From: Rebecca billardiae RCC1528
Taxonomy: Eukaryota > Protista > Haptophyta
Assembly: GCA_965240325.2 (NCBI GenBank)
Contig: OZ251228.1
Location: forward strand, 2,046,001-2,110,000
Direction: 5' to 3'
DNA: 64,000 bases
The position numbers and the translations under genes were made by a program. Below, piece by piece: positions 29,792-40,761 of this stretch (its first letter is position 1; each line of letters begins with the position of its first letter). The notes below the pieces were generated by a model. It did no database searches. It had not been told where the DNA came from and saw only the letters and a program-made list of their open reading frames with translations.

Positions 29792-32053
29792 TCAGTCGTC
29801 GTCGTCATCGTCGGCGGACGACGAGCCGCGGGATGACGATGACGCAGATGAGCTCCGCCCCACACCCATGGGCACGCCCCGACTGCTGGCCTTGGTGCCG
29901 CCGACTGTTGTCCACATGCGCCCCACGTGGACCACCCGTTGCTGCGTCTGCTGCTCGCGCTGCCTTCGGCCGGCAGCCCCTGCCTGCCCGCCAAGCGTCG
30001 TCGCCTGAAGCTGCACGCGTGCTGAGGCCAGCTGTGAAGCCAGCTGTGAGTGTGGCGCCTCAGAGTCAGACCGACGAGTTGCATCGCTGCTGCCAACACC
30101 GTCCGGCGAGCGGCGGTCCGAAGGCGGCCCTGGCCGATCTGCGGTAGAGCCTGGCTGCGGCTGCGGCCGTGACTCCCGCCGCGTGGCCTCCTCGCCGCCG
30201 CTGCGCTCGGGCGCGCTCGGTCCGCCGCCTCCTTCGCGCGTGCCGCTTCCGCTCGCCTGCTGCCGTACGCCCACCAGTGCAAAGTTGCGTGGGGAGATGG
30301 TCGGCTCGAAGACGGGCGCCCCGCCCACCGCCCACGCATCTCCGGGCGGCGCGCCGGGGGCATGCTCGGCGGCGCACTCGAGGCCGCCATGCTGGAGGAA
30401 GTGGCACCGGTCGGCGAGGATCACCGACTCGATCACAGGCGCCAGGGCCAGCCTGAGGCAGAAGAACGCGCGTGCACGGCGCCACTGCGCGGCGCAGGCG
30501 CGCGCGCGCTCGAGCGCGCGCGCGCCCAACCCGTCCACGCCGCCGGACTCGGAGGCCAGCGGGTGCCAGCCCATGCCGATGGCATTCATCGCAGCGCGCA
30601 CGTAGGCGTCGAAGTCGCCGGCAGCCGCCGCGTCCACGCACGCGCGTGGCGAGCCGAGCCGGCGGCGTGCCGGGCGTGCGGTCGAGCCGTCGTCGCTGGC
30701 GGGCGCACCGGCCGTCGCGCCACCGTCCGCCTCATCCAGCGCGTGCAGGAGCACCTCGAAGGCCGCGCGGTACCCGTGCAGCCGCGGCGGCGCGCCCGCG
30801 TCCTCGCGCGAGAGCTGCGCGGCGTACCGCTCCGCCTCATGGCACGCGAGCTCGCGCGCAGACCAGCCTAGGGCGCTGCTCAGCCGGCAGCCCGCGCGGC
30901 CTGCGCAGCCCTCGGCTGCCAGGCTGAGAGGGTATCCGACGTCGCCGCGCTCGCCCTCGGAGGGCGCATCGGGCGTGGCGCGGCCGGGGGCGGGTGCTGG
31001 CGGCGCACCCGCGCCCGGCCCGTCCGCGTGCGCCGCGCCGCCCTCAGTCGCTCTCATGTAGCAGCAGCCCACGACTAGGACCGCCTGGACCGCCGCCGTG
31101 TCGCGCGCGAGCCGCAGCACGCGCGAGCTGAGATCGCCGCAGCCGTGCAGGCACACGAGCACGAGCGGCGGCTGGTGCCGCGAGTCGCCAGGCTCGCCCT
31201 CGAGCCCCCGAGCCTCCGCGATCGCCCGCAGCAGGTCGGCCGAAGTTGCATCCACGCCCAGCTGCCACGTACCGTGTGCGAGCGCGCCGCCGCTGGCAGT
31301 GCCGGGCGCGGGCGCGCGCCGTCCGTCGCGCTCGGCGCGGTCGAGCTGCCTTAGCGCGATCAGCGCGCGCTTGCGCGCCGCCTCGACGTTCGCCGCGTCC
31401 ATCTCCAGAGCGACCACGTCGAGCCGGCCCAGCATGGCGGCAGCCTCGGCAGCGCCGGCGCCAGCTCCCCCGTACGCATACGCCAGGGCAGCGGCCAGAT
31501 ACGATTGGCCCGCGCCGATGTCGACGACAAGTGCGCGAGCACCGCGCGCGGCGGAGGCGGCCTCGGCGAGGGCGCGCACGAGAGGCACGAGCGCCGCGAT
31601 CTCGTGCGCCTTCTTGGGGGTCACGCCGGACCGAAGTGGGCGATCGATGCTGGCCGCTGAGGCTTTGCACCGCGCAGGCGAGCGCGCCACGGTCGCCGCG
31701 CGGCAGGCAGCGGCGAAGGCGAGGAGCGAGAGCGGCCAGGGCTCGCCCGTGTCAGGCTGCTCGCTGACATCCGTATCCCCTTCTGAACCGTGCATGTCGC
31801 GCGGCAGAAGGAGCCGGCCGAGCCGGTCCGCCGGAGCGCCGTGGAGCGCGTCCTGCCATGCGCGCGGGAGGCGCTCCCAGAAGCCCTCACGGAAGAAGCG
31901 CGTCATGCGCGAGTCGCACACCCACCTGTACGAGTCGACGAGGGCGAGCTGTCGGGGCATGAGCGCAGCCGCGGCGTCCGCATCAAGCGCGACGCGATCG
32001 AGCGGGAGCAAGGGCCCGGCATGCGGGAGCGTGGCTGGCCGGGAGACCGCCAT
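29792..32053 (-). CDS. METTL25/RRNAD1-like methyltransferase (Methyltransf_32)
   Basis: KKAHEI, VVDIGAGQSYL, LHGCGDLS, VGCCY, LAPVIESVILADR, FEPTISPRNFAL. Confidence 0.85.
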   Translation of the reverse strand: MAVSRPATLPHAGPLLPLDRVALDADAAAALMPRQLALVDSYRWVCDSRMTRFFREGFWERLPRAWQDALHGAPADRLGRLLLPRDMHGSEGDTDVSEQPDTGEPWPLSLLAFAAACRAATVARSPARCKASAASIDRPLRSGVTPKKAHEIAALVPLVRALAEAASAARGARALVVDIGAGQSYLAAALAYAYGGAGAGAAEAAAMLGRLDVVALEMDAANVEAARKRALIALRQLDRAERDGRRAPAPGTASGGALAHGTWQLGVDATSADLLRAIAEARGLEGEPGDSRHQPPLVLVCLHGCGDLSSRVLRLARDTAAVQAVLVVGCCYMRATEGGAAHADGPGAGAPPAPAPGRATPDAPSEGERGDVGYPLSLAAEGCAGRAGCRLSSALGWSARELACHEAERYAAQLSREDAGAPPRLHGYRAAFEVLLHALDEADGGATAGAPASDDGSTARPARRRLGSPRACVDAAAAGDFDAYVRAAMNAIGMGWHPLASESGGVDGLGARALERARACAAQWRRARAFFCLRLALAPVIESVILADRCHFLQHGGLECAAEHAPGAPPGDAWAVGGAPVFEPTISPRNFALVGVRQQASGSGTREGGGGPSAPERSGGEEATRRESRPQPQPGSTADRPGPPSDRRSPDGVGSSDATRRSDSEAPHSQLASQLASARVQLQATTLGGQAGAAGRRQREQQTQQRVVHVGRMWTTVGGTKASSRGVPMGVGRSSSASSSSRGSSSADDDDDD

Positions 32054-32164
32054 CCTGCGCTCGATAATTTGGGCTGTCTATCGTGAGCAGCCGCTGCAGC
32101 CAGTATCTAGTTAGAGTGCCATCGGCAGAGCCTTAATTGAAACCGTTGCGTACAATAGTTCTGA

Positions 32165-32207
32165 GCTACAGTTTACTAAGAATAAGAGACGCACACAGCT
32201 CAGGCAG
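32165..32207 (-). repeat. ~43-bp dispersed motif, copy 2
   Basis: Reverse complement of 6375-6420 without a 3-bp duplication. Confidence 0.85.
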
Positions 32208-32330
32208 AGTGGCACCATGTATGACGTTGAACAGTCATCATCGTCAGTTCTCAGAATATCGTCTGAATATTCGGATCGGTACACAGACAGCGCCGCGCAG
32301 CGGAATACTTGGTGCCATCACCGCATCACT

Positions 32331-32458
32331 TGCGTCTTGCCGGACTTAGCAGGAGTCTCAGCTGGCCATGCCCATCGGGCCCGAAGCCTGCAACTGCGTC
32401 TTGCCGGACTTAGCAGGAGTCTCAGCTGGCCATGCCCATCGGGCCCGAAGCCTGCAAC
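32331..32458. repeat. Perfect 64-bp tandem duplication
   Basis: tgcgtcttgccggac...gcctgcaac x2. Confidence 0.95.
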
Positions 32459-32775
32459 GCTCGCGCCGTGGGCGCCGGGCCCGGTGCGGGTGCGTGGCCG
32501 ACGCGCCATCACGGGGTAGTCTGTCAGTGGCGTGGCATTGACGAAGTGCCGACCGCGACGTCAGCACCGCGAGGGCCGAGTGCCTTGTGAGGCAGAGTCT
32601 GAGTCCAAAGCCAAGCCCGAGGTCCGTCTCACCCTCACTCACTCGGGCGCTGCGGTGGCTCGGCTTGTAGCTGGATTCAGAGAGCGGGCAGGGCCCCATC
32701 TCGCCGTGTGCTGCCGCCCAGACCATCGCGTGACGCGAAGCAGCGCGGCGGGAACGCCGCTGCCCCGCCGTGTCC

Positions 32776-33363
32776 TCATTGCACGAGCACCATCCAGCTC
32801 AGCGAGAGGTAGAAGAGGAAGACGGGGTACGCCGCGAGGGTGCGCCGATTCTCCGGGACGAGCGTGGACAGAAAGCCAACCGACGCGGTCGACGCCCACG
32901 TGTAGCAGAAGGCAACGATGAGCAGCCGGCTCCAAAAGCCGATGAGCGCGCCGATGGTGACGCAGAAAATGCTCGCCACTGTCAGCGGGAAGATGCAGTA
33001 GCCCAGCACGCAGATCGACTGGAAGAAGGAGAGGGTGCCGCCGAGCAGGAGCGCGTTCACCGTCACCACGCCCGAGCCGCACCACACGATGACAAACACC
33101 GAGGTGAAGACGAGTGACTTTTGCTCTGAGGGCGCCGAGATGCTGAGGATAGTCGCGAGCACGAGGCACAGGATCAACGGACCCCACAGGTCCCAGTCCT
33201 TGAGTGTGCTCACGTCTACTGCGCGCGGGTCCATCACGCAGCGCATTTTGTTGCCGACCATGCGGACGTCTCGCATGATCGTGTCCATGACGGGCTCGTC
33301 GAGCGTGCTCTCGAAGGTCGATCCGCCGCCTCCGCCCGCCGCGCTTTCCATCCGCCCCTCCAT
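32776..33363 (-). CDS. YIPF6: Yip1-domain protein, YIPF6-like
   Basis: STLDEPVMDTIMRD, LKDWDLWGPL, VTVNALLLGGTLSFFQSICVLGYCIFPL, YPVFLFY. Confidence 0.88.
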   Translation of the reverse strand: MEGRMESAAGGGGGSTFESTLDEPVMDTIMRDVRMVGNKMRCVMDPRAVDVSTLKDWDLWGPLILCLVLATILSISAPSEQKSLVFTSVFVIVWCGSGVVTVNALLLGGTLSFFQSICVLGYCIFPLTVASIFCVTIGALIGFWSRLLIVAFCYTWASTASVGFLSTLVPENRRTLAAYPVFLFYLSLSWMVLVQ

Positions 33364-33687
33364 GGCTGCCGCTCCAACCTGCCCCCGGCGCCGCGACTTT
33401 CGGCGAGCGCCCACACAAAAGCTGGCGGCGGTGGCAAGCGCAAAGATAGAGCGATGTCGACGGCGCTGGGATCCGGACGAGCGCAACGCCTGCGTCCGCG
33501 CCCGGACTTTGACAGGTCGTCATCGCCCTTGTCGCTCTGCACAACGCACGACTCGCGCAGCAGCAAAGGAGGCCTTGACGAGGGAGGCCTCGTGCGCGCT
33601 GCCCCGCCCCGAGCTTTGGTCACCCAGGCCGGCAACGGCGGGGCGCGTGGCGCGGGGCGGTGGCACGTGGCGCGTGTGACCGAGGCT

Positions 33688-35158
33688 ATGATGACGCCGG
33701 CACAGCCTCCCGCCCAGTCCCCCTGGCTCCTCACCTGGGAGGAGCTGCACAACACGCCATCGCAGATCATTGATGGCTTCTCGTACGAGAAGCTCGAGTC
33801 GTACAGGGCGGCCACGGCCGACTTTATGCAGCAAGTGGGCGTAGCGCTGCGATTGTGCGTGCGCTTCGGCGCCCGTTGCGCGCGCGAGCCGCGCCCTGGG
33901 TGGCCCAGGCGCTCGCGCGCGCGCGCGCGGGCGGCTCGGGGCGCGCGGGTGCTGAGGCCCGCGCGCCGCGCGCGCGCTGCGCGCGCCTGGCCTCGCGCCG
34001 CGCGCAGCCCGCAGCTGTCCGTGTCGACGTCGATTGTATTCATGCACCGCTTTTACGCGCGCAAGTCGTTCAAGGAGTACGACCGCTTCATCCTCTCCTG
34101 CACGTGCCTGCTGCTCGGCGGCAAGGTCGAGGAGACGCCAAAGAAGCTCAAGGACGTGCTCACGGAGGCGTACCGCGTGCGGCACAACTGCAAGCTGTCC
34201 GAGGTGCCGGACGCGGATTCGCGCGAGTTCTGGAAGATGAAGGAGCAGGTCCTCGTCTCCGAGCGCATCCTGCTGCAGACCCTCGGCTTCGAGCTGCAGA
34301 TCGAGCACCCGTACAGGCCGCTGCTCGCGTATGTCAAGGCGATCCAGGCGACGCGCGACTTTGCGCAGCTCGCGTGGAACTTTGTGAACGACTCGTACCG
34401 CACGGTGATCTGCCTGCAGTACACGTACGATACGGTCGCCGCCGCCGCGGTGCTCCTTGCGGCCGCGTACAAGGGCGTCAAGGTATGCGTGCGCGCCGGC
34501 GCGCGGCCGACGCGCGTGCCTCGGCCGGCCGCGCACGCCGCGCGCCGAGGCGGTCTCGGAACGGGCGCTGAACCCTCCACGCGCCACCCGCCGTTGTGCG
34601 GCCGCGCGGGTTCGCGGCGCCCAGCTGACGCACCCGAGCCAGCCCTCGAGCCCGTGGTACACCACCTTCAACGGCGTGCTGGAGGCGGATGTGTACGCGT
34701 GCGCCAACACGATTTGCGATCTGTACGAGCGCGAGCTGAGCAAGGCGGACGGCCGCCAGCCCGCCGAGGCGGCGGACTCCGACGGCAAGGCCGAGGAGCC
34801 GCTCGAGTCCCGAGCCGCGCCCAAGGTGGACGTGGACGCGAAGGCGCTCCACCTGCTGCGCGGCGCCTGCTCGCGCGACTCGACACCGGGCGCGCCACCC
34901 GACGGCGGCGCCGCGGCGAGCGCCGCCAAACGCGAGCGCCCAGCAGAACACACCAGCGCCAGCCCAGCGGCCCAGCGGCCGCGCGCAGACGCGCCACGCA
35001 GCGCAGGTGTGGAGGCGGCGCCGGCGTCGACACCGCCAGTCTCCTCGGCCGCGCCCCCGAACGCGGCGGCCAAGGAGGACGCGGCACAGACAGCCGGGAG
35101 CGGGCAGGCTGCAGCAGCGCTACAAGCGCCTTCCGCAGGCGAGGCGAGGAGAGAGTAG
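33688..35158 (+). CDS. Cyclin T/K family cyclin; introns 33855-34007 and 34483-34624
   Basis: FMHRFY, CLLLGGKVEETPKKLKD, ERILLQTLGFELQIEHPY, AWNFVNDSYRT..CLQY; GT-AG introns restore the frame. Confidence 0.9.
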
Positions 35159-37062
35159 CATCCAGGACGGGGCCGCCCGTCAGCCGGGGCGCAGTCTGCA
35201 GTCAGCGGCAGCGGCCAGTGGCGGACTCGCAGTGCGCGCGTCGTCGCTTGGGGCAGCGGCTCGACGCTGCCGCGTGAGGCCGAGCGTGGACCGATCCACA
35301 CACTGTCGCTCCAGATCGGACAACCCCAACCGTCACCGTGTCACCGCTTGAACCCGTGAGTGGCGGCACTGAACCGCGGGCAGCCCCAGCGGCCAGCCTG
35401 AAGCTGGCTCGGCCAGGCCGCGCCCAGCATGTCGCATGAGCGCAGAGCTGTATGTGAGAGCAGGCTACGACAGCACTCGGGCTGTGATTCAGTCATGACC
35501 GAGTAGTGTCAGTGCCAGACAGTCAATCTAAGATCAGTCATCATCACAGTTTATTCAGATTTGTTTTATTAACGTGCGTCTAAGTAAGGCTCACGGTGGC
35601 AGGTTGCCGCGCCATCCTTCATCGCACGCTCTCCGAAGAGAGACACAGTAGTCCCGAGTGTCACGGTAACTACTATATATATAAACTGCGTCGGGCCGTA
35701 TATACTGTTCACATGACACTTGACACTGATGACAGGGCGGCCCGGGCAGCGGCTGTGAGGCGGCAGGCGCCCGCCGGCCGCAAATCGCGAATCTGCCGAA
35801 ATTGGCTTCAGATCGCTCGAACTGCTTAGCTACCAGCATCAGCAGCTGTTCTAAACTTCTAAAGCTCATAATTGTAGTGCGCATAGAGTCCCGGACCCGG
35901 ACTAAGCCCAGGCGGAGACCGCGAGAATTCGGGCTATAAAGGCGGCCGAGTAAATTCTAAAATTCGGGACCGCCCATATTGGTCAATCGTTGCGGTGCCG
36001 TCTGGCGCTGGATTGCTCACAGTCACAATTATAAGGGGTCCGGATAACGGGATATCACTGGCACAGCCAGGCTCGCCAGCTGATGGCCCCGAGGCAACCC
36101 GAGCCAGGCAGGCAACAAGGGGACTCGCAGTCTGTCAGCCCCCTTGCAACAGCTTCAACTGTCGACTACGACGTCGTCGCCTTCCTTCTGGTGACGCCGA
36201 CGGTGCGGCAAAGGGCACTCTTAGAATGTTCATGTCGTCGTGATACATATATATACGATCTGCCCCTAGAGAGGCGGTGCCAAGCCGAGGACCGCTTGTA
36301 GCTAGAGTATAGTTCCGCGACCGCCGCCAGTTTACGCCGTTAGTGCCGCTCCGATGCGACCCGTTATGGGCTCATGGACACTAACTAGTAGCTTGACAAT
36401 GACATGCGGCTCGGAAGACTCTGTCGCCTGCGTCCCTGAGTAGTCTGACTCCGTAACTAAGTAGTCTGACGGTAGAGTTCAACTAAACTCGGAGGACCGA
36501 AGGAAGACGGTAGTCGTGCCATGCAGCACTAATTAATACTGCCAGCGGCACTCTCCCTCCGAGAGCTGCCGAGGGCTATACGCGTAGCCTGCTGCCGTGA
36601 CTCTTCTGAGCTCCGCTGGGCCCCGTTCCGAGGCCGCCGAGCGGCCCGCTCGGGCCACTGGTGGCCTGGTGGCGCCCCTGGCCGGCGCCTGGCCGTTGCC
36701 GGCGTTGGCCGTTCCGTCATTCGGTTCCGAACGACCGAAGGCGCAGACCCGCCGCGGCCGACGCTTCCGGACCGAGTCCGAGACCGTCAGACCGACCGTC
36801 CGAGGCCGAGCGATGGCGAGACAGCGAGTCCGCCGGGAATCATTGAGGAAGGGTGTCACTTATATAATTATAATAATAATTAATATATATATATAACTCT
36901 CGTCCGCCCGGGAGTCTGCGCCACGCCGCCGCGCGGCGGGCAGCGGCGGCGGGCACAACGGTCCGTCACTCCGTGACCGCGGCCGTACTGAAATCTGAAT
37001 GACAGTGTGGCTCGCTAAGCCAGTCGCAGGACCGCCCGCTCGCAACTCGTTGACGGTCAAAG

Positions 37063-38306
37063 TCAAACGCGCGCCATGGTCGTCTTGCTCGGTGATCTGG
37101 CCGGCCGTAGCCCGAGCGGCGGAACAAGCACGCCGACGGAGTCCACCCGCGAGCGCAACGACGCGGCAGAGAGCGAGCGGCTCGACGAGCCTTTGCGGCT
37201 CGCTGTGCGGCTGGTAGACCTCGTCAAGGCCCCTGACTCAGCCTGCTGCCCCGACTCGTTCGCGGCCGCTGGCTGGGCATGCGACGGCCCCGCCCCGTCT
37301 TTGCCTTTGGGCCCTGCCCTGTGCAGCGTCACAGGCTTGCCCTCGCCCGAGATGTAGTTGGAGTTGTACACTTTTTCGGGCGCCTTGGGCCACCGCGCTC
37401 GCAGCTCCTCGCCTGGCACGGCGATGTAGATGTGCACGCCGCCGAGGCACGGCGGCCAGACGGGCATGTGCACCGGGTCGCGCTGCTGCACATTCCCCCG
37501 GAAGCCCTTCAGCGAGTACCCAAACCCCTTCGCCACGAGCGGGCGGCCATGCTGGTCGTACGCAATCGACGACTCGCTCACCTCGTACGCCGTCGGCTCC
37601 TTGTTTGCGTGCTTGGACGGGCCGTACACAGCGAGCCACGTGCTCCCGTCCGGCACGAACGGCTTGGAGAAGACGAGCTTCGCCGGCCGCGAGCTCTGCC
37701 ACTCGGGCAGGTGCTGCAGCGCGAGCTTCGCCGCCCCGGCTTTGTGCCGCTTGGACGCGACCGCGTAGTACACCTCACACGGGATGCCGCCCACGCTGAA
37801 GCAGGCGGCGTCGAGCAGCCGGCCGACGGAGACGCATGAGCGGCTGGGTGCGCTGTTCAGGTGGCGCTCAAGCTTGCTCATGAACTCCTCGTATTGCGGC
37901 TTCGTGCAGACGGGCTCGAGAGCCTTCACCTGCAACCCAAGGAGCAACAACGAGCGAATATTCGCATGAGCCCAGTGCGCACACCTGCGCGAGGGCGCGC
38001 ACGCCGAGACGACGCGCGCGCACACACCCAGGCTGGTACGATGAATGGCATTGTGTTTTCATCGGCCGGTCCGCCATTAGGATCGCGTTTGAGCTCGATC
38101 AAGATGCCTGTCATCCCATGGTAGTGCTGCTGCTGCACTTTGCCCGGAGCAAGGTAGATGCCGCCCCCCCTGGTGTCGACCTTGGGCTGGTTGAAGGTGC
38201 CCTGACGGCTTGTCCTCGGGCTGCCGTTTCGCGAGGATTGCCGCGGTGAGGCCGGGCGAGACGCTCGCGCCGAGTCGCGCGTTTGGCGCTTGGTGTCGGA
38301 CGACAT
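37063..38306 (-). CDS. Hypothetical protein; intron 38027-37930
   Basis: Two coding-like ORF segments joined by a phase-0 GT-AG intron (PAW|VKAL). Confidence 0.55.
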
Positions 38307-38492
38307 TCGAGTCAGCACGGTGGCGCTCGAGTTCTTCACGGTCCTGACCGCCCTCGTCGGGAGCCTGCGCTCGCGGAGGGCTGCCCGCCTGCCCCGGCCG
38401 GGCGGCCGCGTTTTATGATTTTCTAAAGCGCCCTGTGCGATTGGACGCTCGAGCAATTGGCTCGCGCGAGGCCCCAAGCGACGCTGGCCGGC

Positions 38493-40064
38493 ATGGTCGA
38501 CGTGAAGAGCCCCGCGGCCGAGTGTGATCACACGGGCTGCACCAAGGTGCCTTCGTTCGGCATGCCGGGTGAGACGCGCGCCAGCCGATGCGCTGCGCAC
38601 AAGCTGGGCGGAATGATCAACGTGAGGAGCCCCAAGTGTGATCACACCGGCTGCACCAAACAGCCTTCGTTTGGCAGGCCGGGCGACGCGCGCTCCAGCC
38701 GGTGCGCTACGCACAAGCTGGCCGGCATGGTCGACGTGAGGAGCCCCAAGTGTGGGCACGCGGGCTGCACCACGCGGCCTAACTTTGGCATGCTGGGCGA
38801 CGCGCGCGCCAGCCGGTGCGCTGCGCACAAGCTGGCCGGCATGGTCGACGTGGTGAGCTCCAAGTGTGATCACACCGGCTGCACCACGCGGCCTTCATTT
38901 GGCATGCCGGGCGACGCGTGCGCCAGCCGGTGCGCCACGCACAAGCTGGCCGGCATGGTCGACGTGGTGAGCCGCAAGTGTGATCACACCGGCTGCACCA
39001 AGTGGCCTTCGTACGGCATGCCGGGCGACGCGCGCGCCAGCCGGTGCGCCACGCACAAGCTGGCCGGCATGGTCGACGTGAAGCACCCCAAGTGTGATCA
39101 CACCGGCTGCACCAAGGGGCCTTCGTTCGGCATGCCGGGCGACGCGCGCGCCAGCCGGTGCGCCACGCACAAGCTGGCCGGCATGGTCGACGCGAAGAAC
39201 CCCAAATGTGATCACGCCGGCTGCACCAAGCAGCCTTCGTACGGCATGCCGGGCGACGCGTGCGCCAGCCGGTGCGCCACGCACACGCTGGCCGGCATGG
39301 TCAACGTGGTGAGCCCCAAGTGTGATCACACCGGCTGCACCACACGGCCTTCGTTCGGCATGCCGGGCGACGCGCGCGCCAGCCGGTGCGCCACGCACAA
39401 GCTGGCCGGCATGGTCGACGTGGTGAGTCGCAAGTGTGATCACACCGGCTGCACCAAGTGGCCTTCGTTCGGCATGCCGGGCGACGCGCGCGCCAGCCGG
39501 TGCGCCACGCACAAGCTGGCCGGCATGGTCGACGTGGAGAGCCACAAGTGTGATCACGCCGGCTGCACCAAGCAGCCTTCGTTCCGCATGCCGGGCGACG
39601 CGTGCGCCAGCCGGTGCGCTACGCACAAGCTGGCAGGCATGTTTGACAGTCGGCTCGCCGTCCCCAAGCGCAGGCTGGGGCATGGCACCGGCGACCAGGG
39701 CACGCGCGCCGCGAAGCGACAGCACAAACCCACCAGCTGCGTTGCCGCTGTTTCGGACGCCGCGCCGCAGCTTTCCCCACCGCCGCCGCTGGTCGCTGTC
39801 AGCATCGTCCGCTGGCGCTCGCAAGATGGCACGATCTATTCGGTTGACGACGCGGTGGTCAATGATGGTGCCTGGGCCCTGGACGAGCGGCACCTGCCCG
39901 GCAACGCAGGCGACGCAGTCCGGGCTGCCCATGGAAGCTACGACCAGGGTCTACCAGCACTACCGTCACCATCGATGGCGGCAGGAGCAGCACGACGGCA
40001 GCAACCACAGGACATACCTGTGGTGATGGCCAGGAGGGTCCCGGTCCGCGACGGTGCAGGCTGA
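38493..40064 (+). CDS. EsV-1-7-type repeat protein, copy 6 (10 repeats, tail type A)
   Basis: Tail nearly identical to copy 1; 3' flank to ~40480 is homologous to 5741-6290. Confidence 0.78.
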   Translation: MVDVKSPAAECDHTGCTKVPSFGMPGETRASRCAAHKLGGMINVRSPKCDHTGCTKQPSFGRPGDARSSRCATHKLAGMVDVRSPKCGHAGCTTRPNFGMLGDARASRCAAHKLAGMVDVVSSKCDHTGCTTRPSFGMPGDACASRCATHKLAGMVDVVSRKCDHTGCTKWPSYGMPGDARASRCATHKLAGMVDVKHPKCDHTGCTKGPSFGMPGDARASRCATHKLAGMVDAKNPKCDHAGCTKQPSYGMPGDACASRCATHTLAGMVNVVSPKCDHTGCTTRPSFGMPGDARASRCATHKLAGMVDVVSRKCDHTGCTKWPSFGMPGDARASRCATHKLAGMVDVESHKCDHAGCTKQPSFRMPGDACASRCATHKLAGMFDSRLAVPKRRLGHGTGDQGTRAAKRQHKPTSCVAAVSDAAPQLSPPPPLVAVSIVRWRSQDGTIYSVDDAVVNDGAWALDERHLPGNAGDAVRAAHGSYDQGLPALPSPSMAAGAARRQQPQDIPVVMARRVPVRDGAG

Positions 40065-40508
40065 TGAAGCCGTGAAGCGTGGCTGGTCGTGATGATCTCC
40101 CGACGAACATCACGACGAGCTTTCGTTCGAGCGACCGCCGGCATCCGGCCGCCGGTTCCGAGTGGCCACCGGGCACGTCAGCAGAAGTTCTTCACCGCGC
40201 TCGACTTCACGCCCCTGTTCCGCTCATGTCGACCGGCGCCCCTCCACTCAGACTCAGTGCCGCCGCGGCACCGACTCTGACTGGGACGTGCCCTGGCCAC
40301 ACATCGGCACGCTCGGCAAGCAGCTGCCCTTCCCGGAGGCGTGCGCGATGGCGCAGAAGCACGGGCCCGACACGGGGGTCGCGCCGCTCGCGCAGCACGG
40401 CCTCTCACCCGCACCACCTCCCCGACGAGGCGACGACGATCTCGATGAGCGCAAACTACTGCTGCGAAATAAAGCGCTCCGCAAACAGGATCAGCCGCGC
40501 GCTGATTG

Positions 40509-40511
<3 letters not shown>

Positions 40512-40547
<36 letters not shown>

Positions 40548-40601
40548 TCTGACAGTGTGTGTGTGTGTGTACGTGTGTGTGTGTGTGTGTGTGTGTGTGT
40601 C

Positions 40602-40697
<96 letters not shown>

Positions 40698-40715
40698 TCG
40701 ATATATATATATATA
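40512..40715. repeat. Compound (GT)n(TA)n microsatellite
   Basis: Direct reading. Confidence 0.95.
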
Positions 40716-40761
40716 CTGATTAACTATAGCTCAGATACCTTACAGAGTGCCCTCATAATAT

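Noticed and set aside
32178-32192. Nextera/Tn5 adapter-like ATAAGAGAC
   Set aside because: Only 9 bp match, embedded in a genuine 43-bp genomic repeat.
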